Shown here: positions 1 to 12,412 of the stretch, one piece after another
Numbering within the stretch: position 1 is the stretch's first letter
Layout: each line of letters begins with the position of its first letter
From: Octopus vulgaris
Lineage: Eukaryota
Length of the DNA stretch: 64,000 nucleotides
Assembly: GCA_951406725.2 (NCBI GenBank)
Contig: OX597832.1
Span: 34,844,001-34,908,000 of the forward strand
Direction of reading: 5' to 3'
Position numbers and translations under genes: made by a program
Notes under the pieces: generated by a model
Databases searched by the model: none
What the model was told of the DNA's origin: nothing
The model's input: the letters and a program-made list of their open reading frames with translations, nothing else

Positions 1-2647
1 CTGTGATTAACTTGACACTGGATGGTGACCATAGCTTAGAGCAATAGTCAAAGTGGCTTAGGACAAGTGTCCTCCAGAGGACCATCATGGTTTCCTGGTG
101 TCTTGTTGTAAAGGTTCTAAGAATCCATCAGGTCAGCCGCCTACATTTCATTGCCAATTTAGCAACATGCACATGAAAGGTTGCATCATCACTCATGTAA
201 ATACCCAGGTCTCGCACTTATTGTGCTTCTGGGATTGCAATCCCTCCAGGTTCAGTGTATTTATTGGGTATTTCATTTAGTTTAGCATGCTGATAGTATA
301 AAGCTTGAAACTTTTCAGCATTGAACTGCATGCTATTCTTTTCAGCCCACTTGTATATTTGTCCAGCTCACATTGCAGGTGGTTAGTGTCTTCAGGGTTC
401 TGTATTGTCTGTGAAACTTTTGTATCATCTGCATAACTTGTGATCGTGGCTCTCTGCGTGGCCATTATGAACAGTAGTGGTCCCAGAACAGTGTCTTGTG
501 GAACACCGCTCACTATTTGGCTAATACCACCTGACTTCTATCCTGACTTCTATTTGGCTACTACCACCTGACTTCTATCCTTCAGAAAGTCATGAAGCCA
601 TTCTCCCAATTTTCCAACTATGCCAAGATCATGCAGTTTGTGACATATTATCCCATGATCGACTTTATTAAAGGCCTTTGCAAACTCGAGATATATCACT
701 TCCACATTTGAGTGGTTGAGCAGTCGTTTCAGCACCAAGTCATAGTGTTGTAGGAGCTGAGTTAAGCAGCTTCTTCCTGGTCGGAAACCATGTTGGGTGT
801 CAGGCAGCAAGACATTTTCTTCAAGGAAGGTGATTAGTTTCCTTCTGACTATTCCTTCCATGACCTTGCTGATGTGTGAGGTCAGAGAGATAGGTCTGTA
901 TTTCTTGGCCTGCACTCTGCTACCTCCTTTATGAATAGGGCATATTTTACCTTCCTTCAGTTTTCTTGGAAGTTTGCCAGTTGCAAGGAAGCTCTGAAAG
1001 AGGAACTGCAGTGGTCTTGCTAGGACTCTCTTACATATTTTTAGAAGGATTGCTGGGAATCCATCGGGGCCATTAGCTGAGTTTGTTTTCATTTCATCAA
1101 TAGCCTTTATTACATCGTCTTCCTTTATATTGATGTAATCAATCATCGCTGCCTCTGATTTTATATCTGCAGTGGTAAAGAAGTCAGTTGGATTGCTGAC
1201 TTGAAAATGCCCTAGGGGTTGCATGAAAATACTCTTGAATTGCTCATTTAGTATTTCACTTACCCTCATTGGATTTCCTGTGAGTGTGCCATCCTTTTCA
1301 AGGAGTGGCCCTATCCTACAGTGCACCGTAGCTGTTTCTTTGGCATACCTGTAGAAAGCTCTGGGGTTAGATTTTGTTGTCTATAGCCCAAGCTTCTTTG
1401 TCTGCTCTTTCTTTTTCATGGGACAGTTGCAGACATTTTTCAATTTCCAACAGTTTTATTTTCATGCGGGACTTTTGACTGCTTTCAATTTGTTTGTTTA
1501 GGCGATTTGAAACTTTTGTATGCTGTCTCATTAGAATTTTCCTCTCTCTGGGGATTTTGCTCTTGTGTACAGTGGCCTTTCTATCTGGGACACATTTGTA
1601 GCATATGGCTTGCATTACAGACATGAATTGTTGAAGTTTCATGTTGCTGTCTGGTGAGGATAGACATTCAGGCCAGTTTTGTTTGAGGATCTCTTTCTCA
1701 ATTTGTTTCCAGTTTGCCTTATGGAAGTTCAAGCTGGAAACATTCTGAGAGTTTCTTGTAGGCTGCAAGTCCATGCTTTCCTTTGGCCCGTACATGGTCA
1801 GCTCTACCATGTTGTGATCCGAGAGTATTGTCGGCGTCTCTTTCACATTATGGATGAGATCCATATTATTTGTGAAGCAGAGATCCAGTATGTTACCTGC
1901 CCTGGTTGGTTGGAGTATTACTTGCTCCATGTACAGAGTGTTGATGAGGTTCAGGAGGGACCTTGCCTGTCCTCGTTCACATCGTGTCATTCTTGGGAGA
2001 GAAAGGCTCTCGGGCCATCTGACATTGGGTAGATTGAAGTCTCCCATAAGAAGTACACTTATGTGTTGTTGTAATGTGACTAGAACTTCTTCTATTTTTA
2101 TAAGGCAGTATTAAAACTTGCCTACATGGCTTGGGGCATCTGGAGGGCGATATGTAGCACATATAACTACACCAAGTTGCCTTATATGTACAATTAGTGT
2201 GTCACACACCGAATTTGAGTATGACATAAGGACCTGGGGTGTGAGGTCCTCGTGGATGTACATAGCAACTCCTCCATGACTCCTTTCTTTTCTGTCGGTC
2301 CATAGTACAACATACTGTGGTATGTGTATTTCCGCATCTACTATGTCCGGTTTCAGGTGTGTTTCCGTAAGTGCTATGCATAAGGATTGATTGCATGCAA
2401 CAAAGTCTCTCAAGAACGGGATTTTTGTCCTATTACTGAGTGTTAGCAGTCTTCTGATGTTCAGTAGGAGCATCGAGGTGAGGTGTATACTGTTGCTGGC
2501 GGTGTCCACCTTGGGTCTATTTGCTGTGGCGGTATTGTGTATTGTGGATAGTCCCATCTGCGAGTTTGAGTTTGATGGAGGCAGGTTAGCTGCTGTACAA
2601 TCTTTTGTGCCATGATTGCTGTACAATCTTTTGTAAGGGTATACCAA
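1..2647 (-). mobile_element. CR1/L2-group non-LTR retrotransposon, decayed ORF2 (APE endonuclease + reverse transcriptase), running off the window start
   Basis: ORF 2111-2647 has APE motifs LNIR, LTETHL, HGGVAMY, YRPP. ORF 1367-2047 has GDFNLP, LDLCFTN, SDHN. ORF 550-1326 has GPDG, YRPISLTS, QHGFRPGRSC, AKAFNKVDH. ORF 277-513 has SGVPQ, LGPLLF, YADDTK. Frameshifts and stops lie between segments, with a small internal duplication at about 513-580. Confidence 0.92.
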
Positions 2648-2689
2648 GATGATATCTTCATCTCTTGTAGTTTTTAGGAAAAATTAACA

Positions 2690-3215
2690 AGCAAAGAAAA
2701 TGTGGTAGTTGTAAGGCTAACCAAGGCACAGTTTTACATTAGCAAAGAAAAGTCATTCACCTGAAGAAGAAATTTGACTTTTCTGGGAAGGAAAATATCT
2801 AAAGAAGGTATTTCTCCATCCTAGGAATTGGTAGCAAAACTAGAGGACATAGAAGTACCAAAATCAAAGGAAGATTTTGGCAAAATATTGGGTATGATGA
2901 ATTACTATAGATTTGTCCTGGTGTATACTGAAAAAGTAGAACCATGCTTATTTAAGTGGGCTAAAGAGCAGGATAAGGTTTTCCCATATGCTTAATACTC
3001 ATCTTTCAGAGGGTTCAGTTTTGCAACCGTACTTGCTGGAGAAGATTAGCATTCCAAGTGTAGATGCATCTTTAATTGCAGTGGCTTGGGTGTTATCCCA
3101 GGAAGGACACCCAATAGCATTAATAAGCCACACCTTTAGCCAGACACAATGAAAGAGGCTAATGCAATAGTATGGTTTGTAGATAGGCAGTGGCATTTCT
3201 TTTTAGGAAAGCGGT
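2690..3215 (+). mobile_element. Ty3/gypsy pol remnant (RT C-terminus, connection and RNase H-like region)
   Basis: Manual translation gives FLGRKISKEGISPS*ELVAKLEDIEVPKSKEDFGKILGMMNYYRF...FKWAKEQDK...VDASLIAVAWVLSQEGHPIALISHTF...EANAIVWF, matching the gypsy RT thumb and RNase H (DAS) pattern. It is missing from the ORF track because of stops. Confidence 0.8.
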
Positions 3216-3871
3216 TGTAGGATCTCACTTGGCTCTGCCTGAGATTTGAAAATGAATCTATATATTCTCGTTAGATATACAAACTATTGTTCTGTCAGGG
3301 ATAAATAGAGATCTATATCTTTTCCACTTGATTCTTAACCTTTTCTTTGCCATGAAAAGTGGAATGCAGCCTAGCTAGATGCACAGAGCTACCAAAGAAT
3401 TCACTGACCATGGAAGCCCATAAATGCAGCATTTCAACATCCAGCTGCCGCAAAACTAATGAATGAAAATATGGAAGCCCGCATAAGCAATGTTTTCAGC
3501 AGACACATTTTTCGTCTCATCCTGATGTACAGACCTTGAGTTGTCACTAAGTGACTAACTGATTTTTGCTTAGGGTTTATTGTTTTTATAACTATCCAGA
3601 AGGGTAGACTTATTGTTGAGAACAATGGATTTAGTTGGTGGACTGTTATCTTAATTCTAGCTTTTAGTGGTGTAGGAGAGGTTAGAATGGTCAAGTGGTG
3701 AATACATTATTTCAGCCTAGCTAAGGCAATCTGTCAAATGTAAAACTGCTCTCACAGAAAAACTATTGTTCCACCGTGAGAAAAGTTCTGTTGAACTGTT
3801 ACTTGAAATTTGGTTATGGTGGATCGAATCCACTTCATGTCTGCAAGATTCACTACATATGTATTCATATA

Positions 3872-5161
3872 CGAGGGACGTTCAATAAGTAATGCCTCTG
3901 ACCCACTTGCAGTTGTTTGATCTAGCTGAAATTTTGCATGTGCAATTATTTATATCTCTATAGAGTAAGTGGCAAATTACAGCTCTGAATTAATTGTGGT
4001 TTCTGATTTACAGGTGTTTGAACCGAGTCAAGTGTGAAAGGAGCCTGTTGAGTATCGAGCAGTGATCCGGTTTTTGTATTTGAAAGGACACACACCACGG
4101 GAGACTTTTGATGAAATGAAAGTAACTTATGGTGATGATGCCCCATCATATGACCTTGTAAAATGCTGGCATCGTGAATTCAAACATGGTCAGAACTCTG
4201 TGGAAACAGCTCCCAGATCTGGTCGCCCCCTTCTGCCATTGATGAGGCATCTGTCCGTCAAGTTGAGGCTGCCATTTTGGAAGATCGACGCATAATTATT
4301 CGCCAAATAGCCCATGAGGTCAAGATTAGTACCGGGTCTGTGGAAACTATAATTCATGACCATTTGCATATGCAAAAGGTGTCTGCCAGATGGATTCCCA
4401 GGTTGCTCACGCCTTTCCAGAAGCAAGTACGCGTCGAGTGCTCGACGGTGAATTTGGAGATGTGCCAAGAAGATGAGTCAAAATTTTTCAAAAGACTGAT
4501 TACACAGGATGAAACCTGGGTCCATCACGATGATCCAGAGACCAAAGCCCAGTCAATGCAGTGAAAGCACCGTGACTCACCCCCTCCAAAGAAGGCAAGG
4601 GTGCAGCCCTCCGCTGGCAAGGTCATGCTCACAGTCTTCTGGGACCAGGACGGAGTAGTGATGACAGATTTCCTGGCAAAGGGTACCACAATTGCAGGAG
4701 CCTATTATGCTTCACTTTTGAGGAAATTAAGAGAAGTTATCAAAATCAAGAGGTGGGGCAAGATCAGCAAAGGCATCCTCCTCCTGCAGGATAACGCTCC
4801 GGTCCACAACTCGCTTGTCGCCAGATCAGAAGCACAGGCATATGGCTATGAACTCCTCCCCATCCCCCCTACTTTCCTGACCTTGCACCCTCTGATTTTC
4901 ACCTCTTCCCAATCATGAAGTTGTTTTTGAAAGGAAAGCATTTCCCAGATGATGCAGCCTTGATTTCTGAAGTCACGTTGAGGTTGGAGGACCAAGCTGG
5001 GTTCTTTTACAAAAACCGTCTCCAGAGCCGCATCAAACGATGGGAGAAATGCGTAACTGCGGGTGGTTCCTATGTAGAAAAAGACTAATAACTGTGCCAA
5101 GTTTCGTTGCTCTACTGCTATGGGAAGTGGGTCAGGGGCATTACTTATTGAACGCCCCTTG
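3872..5161 (+). mobile_element. Full-length mariner (DD34D) DNA transposon, 1290 bp, with about 37-bp TIRs and TA target duplication
   Basis: Left end is TA|CGAGGGACGTTCAATAAGTAATGCCTCTGACCCACTT. Right end is AAGTGGGTCAGGGGCATTACTTATTGAACGCCCCTTG|TA, with 3 transition mismatches. An internal transposase is present. Confidence 0.95.
4038..5088 (+). pseudogene. Mariner transposase pseudogene
   Basis: Motifs: (M>K)EPVEYRAVIRFL, WIPRLLT, ITQDETWVHH, AGKVMLTVFWD, LQDNAPVH, PDLAPSDFHLF, RWEKCVTAGGSYVEKD*. The presumed start codon reads AAG, there is a stop at about 4562, and there are frameshifts. Confidence 0.92.
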
Positions 5162-5239
5162 TATATATGGCTGCTTATATTAATTTTTAGTGCATGCATT
5201 AGCATTTCACTAATACATCCATAAATTTTTATAGTAAAT

Positions 5240-8200
5240 ATCATCATCATCATCATCATCATTTAGCGTCTGTTTTCCATGCTAGCATGGGTTGAACTGT
5301 TCAACTAGGGTCTGTGAAGCCGGAAGGCTTCATCAGGCCCAGTCAGATCTGGTAGTGTTTCTACGGATGGATGCCCTTCCTAACGCCAACCACTCCGTGA
5401 GTGTAGTTGATACTTTTTACGTGCCACCCGCACATGTGCCAGACAGAATTGGCAAACGGCCACGAACGGATGGTGCTTTTACGTGCCACCGGCATGGGGG
5501 GGGCCAGGTGAGGCTGGCAACGGACACGAGCGGATGGTGCTTTTACGTTCCACCGGCATGGAGGCCAGACGGGGCGGCGCCGGCAACGACAACGATCGGA
5601 TGGTTCGCTTAACCCCAGCTGCAATTTCCACTGATGTTGATCGACCTCAATTTTGGTTCTGCTTTCTGATAGCCGATTTGATTTGGTTTGATTTTGATTT
5701 TGATTTTGACTGTTTTCACTGGTCTTGCCGGGTCTTCTCACGCACAGCATACTTCCATAGGTCTCGGTCTCTAGTCATTTCCTCGGTGAGACCTAAAGTT
5801 CGAAGGTCGTGCTTCACCACCTCGTCCCAGGTTTTCCTGGGTCTACCTCTTCCACAGGTCCCCTCAACTGCCAGAGTGTGGCACTTTTTCACACACCTAT
5901 CTTCATCCATTCTTGCCACATGACCATACCAGCACAATCGTCTCTCTTGCACACAACAACTGATGCTTCTTAGGTCCAACTTTTCTCTCAAGGTACTTAC
6001 ACTCTGTCGATTATGAACACTGACATTACACATCCAACGGAGCATACTAACTTCATTTCTTGCGAGCTTACGCAAATCCTCAGCAGTCACAGCCCAAGTT
6101 TCACTACCATGTAGCATGGCTGTATGTACACATGCATCATACAGTCTGCCTTTTACTTTGAGCGAGAGGCCTTTTGTCACCAGCAGGGGCAAGAGCTCTC
6201 TAAACTTTGCCCAGGCTATTCTTACTCTAGCAGTTACACATTCAGCACACCCTCCCCCGCTACTGACTTGGTCACCTAGGTAGCGGAAGCTATCAACTAC
6301 TTCTAGCTTTTCTCCCTGGAACGTGGTAGAAGTTGGTTTCTGCATATTTTCAGAGTTTAATTGCTCCTGAGCATCTGCCACAGATAAAAACTATTTTCCT
6401 AGTTAGTCTTCCTTTGACATTACTACATATCTCATGTGTCCATAGCTTACATTTGGTGCATCTTATAGAGTTTCTACCTACGCCTTTTCTACAGATCAAG
6501 CAGGGCCATCTACCTGAAGGCGTTTGTAATTGGTCTACCTTCCTACTTATTAGGACTTTGGTTTTGGCTAGGTTGATTCTAAGGCCCTTTGATTCTAAAC
6601 CTTGCTTCCACACCTGAAACTTCACCTCCAGTTCTGATAGAGACTCAGCAATTAGAGCAAGGTCATCAGCATAGAGGAGCTCCCAGGGGCATCCTGTCTT
6701 GATTTCCTCCATTATTGCCTGGAGGACTATGATAAATAGGAGGGGACTGAGGACTGAACCTTGGTGGACCCCAACCTCTACCCTGAATTCCTCACTGTAC
6801 TCGATGCCAACCCTCACCTTACTAGCAGCGTCTCTGTACATGGCTTGTACAGCTCTCACTAACCATTCATCTATCCCTAGTTTCCTCATTGACCACCAGA
6901 TAAGGGATCGGTGGACCCTGTCGAAGGCTTTCTCCATATCAACAAAAGCCAGGTATAGGGGCTTGTCTTTGGCTAGGTATTTCTCCTGCAGCTGTCTAAC
7001 CAGGAAAATAGCATCAGTAGTACTTTTCCCTGGCACGAACCCAAACTGCATCTGATCTAAGCTAACTCTCTCTCTAATTAGTTGGGCTATAACCCTCTCC
7101 GTAACCTTCATTACCTGATCCAGCAGCTTGATACCCCTGTAGTTATTTGTATCTAGGGCGTCACCTTTACCTTTGTAGCAGTTGACTATTATGCTGCTAC
7201 ACCAGTCATTGGGTATGACTCCTTCGTGTATCACCTGGTTAACTATACGGGTGACTTGGCTATAGCCGACACTACCAGATATTTTGAGCATCTCTGCAGT
7301 AATTCCTGATGGGCCTGGGGCTTTCCCTGTTTTCATGCTTGTAATTGCCTTAACTACTAAGGAGCTGTCAACTCGGATTGCTGGTCCCTCTGTTGGGTCA
7401 ACATTCGGCAGACTCTCTTTATCCCATTCATTTTTCTCATTGAGCAACCTTTCATAGTGGCGTCTCCAAACCTCTCTCTTTCCATCCTCATTTAGCGCAA
7501 GTGAGCTGTCATCCGTGCGAACACATTTTTCTCCTACCACGTAACGATTCTCTCACACACACTGTCTTGCTATACGAATTACCTCAAGTCTTTCATCCTC
7601 ACGGCGCAGGACATTGGCAAATTTTTTCTTATCTGCTTCCCCTCTGGCTAAATACACCTGCCTCCTAGCTTCCCTTCTTGCAGTCTGATACACTTCCCTG
7701 GTACCACCGTTCTTCCAGTCCTTCCAAGCCTGTTTCTTTTGTCTAATAGCCCTGGCAACAGTATTGTTCCACCACCACGTTATTTTGGGTCTTGTGGGGA
7801 CTTTGCACCAGCCACAGATCTGGTCAGTGGTCTTCAGCAGGTTGTCCCTTAGAAGTGCCCAGTTATCTTCTACCCCATGTGTAGCTATTCCCCCTTCTAT
7901 TTCGTCGAAGGCTTCAAGTAACATGTCTCTAAATCTCTGTCCATTTGCAGGGTCTTTAAGCTTCCAGACCCGTCTTCTCCATGTTGGTCGTCTTCTAGTC
8001 ATCCTCTTAGTCCTGATCCTAAAGTCACTGACTACCAGTCTATGTTGTGGGGTACATTCTTCGCCTGGGAAGGTTTTGGCATTTATAAGCAGCCATCTCT
8101 CCCTTTTTCTGGCAAGGATGTAGTCGATTTGGCTAGTATGCTGGCCCGAACGGTAGGTGACCAAGTGGCTTGTCGGTTTCCTGAAGTTAGTGTTGCAAAC

Positions 8201-8520
8201 CATAAGACTATTCGCATCACAGAACTCCAGCAGCCTGGTTCCCTCCTCATTGCGAGAACCATAACCATAGCCTCCATGAACACCATAGAAGCCCTCAGCA
8301 TATCGTCCAACATGCTCATTGAAGTCACCAGCCACAAAGAGAAGGTCCCTGTCGTTCGTCAATGAGGTGGTCTGCAGTAGGGTGTCATAAAAACGGTCTT
8401 TCTGTCCATTGGGTAACCCTGGCAGAGGGGCATAGGCCGATATAATAGTTGCTAAACTATGATTGAGCACTAATCTAATCTTCAGTATTCTGTCACATAC
8501 TCTGACTACCTCGATTACCT
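5240..8520 (-). mobile_element. RTE-clade non-LTR retrotransposon, 5'-truncated within the endonuclease, with 3' UTR and (GAT)n tail
   Basis: 7553-8470 is APE (SAYAP, GDFN, QIDY, QHRLVV). 6350-7540 is RT (GKAPGPSGI, NYRGIKLL, QFGF, DMEKAFD, GVHQGSVLSPLLF, YADD). 5716-6381 is the C-terminus (FRYLG, HGSETW, WYGHVARM, RGRPRKTW). The 3' UTR has imperfect tandem repeats at about 5410-5605, and (CAT)n lies at 5240-5262. Confidence 0.95.
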
Positions 8521-8524
8521 TATG

Positions 8525-8528
<4 letters not shown>

Positions 8529-8562
<34 letters not shown>

Positions 8563-8596
8563 ATCATATATAGGGTATATATATAGGGTCATAAAT

Positions 8597-8626
<30 letters not shown>
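8529..8626. repeat. (TA)n microsatellite with embedded AGG(G/A)TCATA snippets
   Basis: Direct reading of the sequence. Confidence 0.9.
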
Positions 8627-8627
<1 letters not shown>

Positions 8628-10190
8628 GGGCCATAGCCCATCTCATCTCTCCCTGATGAGATGGGCTATGACCCTCTCCGTGACATTCATTACCTGATCC
8701 ACCAGTTTGATACCCCTGTAGATAGAAATAACTACAGGGGTATCAAACTGCTGGATCAGGTAATGAAGGTCACTGAGAGGGTCATAGCCCATCTAATCAG
8801 GGAGAGAGTCTGCCTAGATGAGATGCAGTTCAGTTTTGTGCTAGGTAGAAGCACCATTGATGCCATATTCCTGGTTTCACAACTGCAGGAAAAATACGTA
8901 GCCAAAGATAAGTCCCTATACTTAGCTTTTGTGGACTTGAGAAAGCCTTTGACAGGGTCCCCTGGTCCCTTATCTGGTGGCTGATGCAGAAACTGGAGAT
9001 TAACGAATGGTTAATAAGGGCTGTACAGGCCCTTTACAGAGAGGCTGTTAGTAAGGTCAGGATTGGCAATGAGAACAGTGAAGAATTCTGGGTAGACATT
9101 GGCATCCACCAAGGCTCAGCCCTCAGTGCCATCTTATTCATCATAGTCCTCCAGGCAATAACAGGAATTCAAGATGGGTTGCCCATGGGAGCTCCTCTAT
9201 GCTGATGACCTAGCCCTCATAGCAGAATCACTACCTAAACTAGAGAAGAAATTTTGTGCATGGAAGCTAGGTTTAGAATCAAAAAGCCTTATAGTCAATA
9301 TAGCAAAGACCAAAGTTCTAGTAAGTAGGAAGGTAAACTCACCACACACCCCTTCACCACACACACCCTGCTCAATCTGTAGAAGAGGTGTAGTTAGAAA
9401 CTCCATAAGATGTACCCAGTGTAAGCTATGGACACTTAAGAGGTGCAGCAACATCAAAGGAGAATTAATGAGGAGATAGCTTCATGTACGGCAGATGCAC
9501 AGGGGCAATAGACACCACTGATAATCAGAAAAGAGATTCCATTACACTCCAGGGGTAAAAACTAGAAGTAGTTGATAGTTTCCTCTACCTAGTTGACCAA
9601 GTTAGTAGCAGGGGTGGATGCTCAGAGAGTGTTACCACTAGAATAAGAATGGCCTGGTCAAAGTTTAAAAAGCTTCTTCCACTACTGGCAACAAAGGGTC
9701 TCTCGCTCAGAGTGAAAGGTAGATAGTACGACGCATGTGTGCAAAATGCTATGCTCCAAGGTAGTGAAACATGGGCTGTGACTGGAGAGGACATGTGTAG
9801 GCTTGAATGAAATGAAGCTAGCATGATCCGCTGGATGCATAAATTCATCAAAATGTAAATCAAATGGAAATTGTAGTTAAGACACCCATGCCAGTGGCAC
9901 ATAAAAATACCATCCGAATGTGGCTGATGCAAGTGCCGCCTGTGTCAGTGACACGTAAAAAGCACCAACTGATTGTGGTAGTTTGCTAGCCTCCTCTGGC
10001 CCCTGTGCCAGTGGCATGTAAAAATCACCCAATACACTCATGGAATTGTTGGTGTTAAGAAGGGCATCCAGCTGTAGAATCAGTGCCAAATCAGACGAGC
10101 CTGGCGCAGCCTCCTGGCTTCCCAGACTCCGGTTGTACCATCCAACTCATACTAGCATGGAAAACGGACGTTAAACGATGATGATGATGA

Positions 10191-10194
<4 letters not shown>
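8627..10194 (+). mobile_element. Second RTE copy, 5'-truncated with a fold-back 5' end, decayed, with (GAT)n tail and (TA)n on both sides
   Basis: ORFs 8661-9479 contain NYRGIKLLDQVMKV, GIHQGSALS, ELLYADDLAL, homologous to the 6350-7540 ORF. The tail is CATGGAAAACGGACGTTAAAC(GAT)n at about 10156-10194, followed by (TA)n to about 10246. Confidence 0.92.
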
Positions 10195-10251
<57 letters not shown>

Positions 10252-10472
10252 AATAAATAGAGTCAAGAATGAGTACGTTTAGACAGCTATTTAATAAACA
10301 CTAATATGTAGTCTTATTCACACATGAAAAATAATGCCTAAACCAAGACTTGGAAGTATACCATAATACTACTGGTGATTTGGTAATTCTAAAGGTGAAT
10401 GAGCTCTACTTTGTACTCTGATATGTTTCTAACAGAATACACTGGCATGTAAAGGGGGGAAAAAACCAACCT

Positions 10473-11103
10473 TTGAATATTGGGCTACATGGAGGCAAAG
10501 TGGCTGAGTACCTTTTGAGCATTGGTCTGATGGAGTAAAGTAACCAAGCTCCTTTTGAGCATTGGGTCTCATGGAGGTAAAGTGGCTGAGTCCTTTTTGA
10601 GTGATGGGTCTTACGGACGCGAGGTGGCTGAGTTCTTTTTGAGTGAACCGTATGGAGGCAAAGTGGCTGAGTTCCTTTCGAGTAATGGGCCTCACAGAGG
10701 TGAGTTGGCTGAGTTCCTTTTGAATGGTCCTCATAAAGGCAAGGTGACTGAGTTCCTTTAGAGCATTGGGTCACTTGGAGGCAAAGTGGCTGAGTTCTTT
10801 TTGAGTGTTGGGCTTTATGGAGGTAATGGTTAAGACCTTTGTCTTGCTTGAGAAGACCCATCAAGCCAAGAAAAATCACAGTCATGGCAGATACCAGTGT
10901 CACGCAAATGGCACCTGTGCCGGTGGCACGTAAAAGCACCCATAACACTCTCAGAGTGGTTGGTGTTATGAAGGGCATCCAGTCATAGAAAACCATGCCA
11001 AATGAGAGTGGATCCTGGCACAGCCTTCCAGTATGCCAGACCAGTCAAACTGTCGAACCCATACTAGCATGGACTACGGGCGTTAAATGATGCTGCTGAT
11101 GAT
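10473..11103 (+). mobile_element. RTE-derived 3' fragment carrying a ~42-bp tandem minisatellite (about 8 copies) plus RTE 3' UTR and tail
   Basis: The unit TTGAGCATTGGGTCTCATGGAGGCAAAGTGGCTGAGTTCCTT repeats over about 10473-10825. It is followed by TGAGAAGACCC (the RTE ORF2 end), GGCACGTAAAAGCACC, and AACCCATACTAGCATGG...GTTAAATGATG. Confidence 0.8.
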
Positions 11104-12372
11104 ATAGATATGCTGGCAGGATCAGACAAGCCCAATTCACTCCAGAGAGAGACAAACACTTAGGAAGATCAAAACTCCCAAGTGAAACCTGATTGTGGGA
11201 CGTTGGAGAGAGCCTGACATTGACCAAGCATTCAAGTGTCTGAAAGAATAGGTTGTTGAAGTGTTGGGGGCAAGATGAGAATCTGTGCAAGAAGTTGACT
11301 CTGAGCAAATACAGAAGCTTTTGAATGGAAAGGTAATTTCAGCAGCTGTTTGATTTGCCGATGAAATTTCACTTCTCATTTTTATATTATGCAGTGTGTG
11401 TCTTTCGAAGAATTTTTGAAGGCATCCAAATAAATTTTGGATAAAAGTCTTCTTTGAACTGGTTTAAGACACACTTAAAAATTTTTTTTTTTTTATTCTT
11501 TTTTAATCTTATTATTAGAAATTTCCCCTTTCAGCCCGTGAAGTCTAGGAATTTTAATACTTTGAATTAATTATCCTTTTATCCTAAAACGAATCCATTT
11601 TTATTTAAAAAAAAAAATTCTAATCTCATAACATATTCGTTTCGTTTCGTTTACCCACATGCATTTTTGTAATTTATCGCCATTACGTATTTATTCTTTT
11701 TGTTTTTAAGGCAAATGACCAGAAAATCGCATCTGAAATTATCTTGAAGGTAAATTGTCTTTGATATTCATTTTCTGAGAAATATTTCATTGAGAGTTGT
11801 TTTACACACATTATATTTCACGCTAAATGAGTTACTTTTGGTGAATTTTCGTTCTGACATTTGAAAAAATCAACTTTTTGGTAAAGACTTCGGAAAATTC
11901 GCAAGATCCAAGATTTTTCCTCCTAACTTCTAGAATTTTTTTTTTTAAATGAAATTTTATAAAAATAATTTTCAAACGGCATAGATTACTATTATAAATA
12001 ATTTTGTGGGTAAATTCTTTTTCGATGTGGTGGTGATAGAAATTCGGAAAACTCACAAGATCCGATGTTTTCCCCTCATAACTGTTAGGAAAATGTTTTT
12101 ACCATGGCGATAGAATAAAAGAACTTATATACTTTGCTGTATCGTTTCTTCAAGGAAGGTGTAGGCTAAAATATGTATACCATTGCACAAATAAACCCTT
12201 TTGCTTGTCCTAAGTATATTTACACAAGTTTGTCCTTTCTTTTAATGAGATTTTATATAAATACCTTTCAAACGGCATACGGAAAATCTTGAGGTGGGGA
12301 GAAGACTTTCTGAAAATTCACCAGATCCCTTTTTTTCCTCGTAACTTTAAGGAAAATGGCTATCTTTTAATG

Positions 12373-12412
<40 letters not shown>

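Noticed and set aside
10473-10825. CRISPR-like or coding interpretation of the 42-bp array (ORF 10406-10996)
   Set aside because: There are no spacers, and the ORF is the antisense reading of an RTE-derived minisatellite.
11110-11480. Coding-looking unique segment (ORFs 11045-11308 and 11137-11379)
   Set aside because: No recognisable motif, stops in the frames I translated, and no convincing splice pair.
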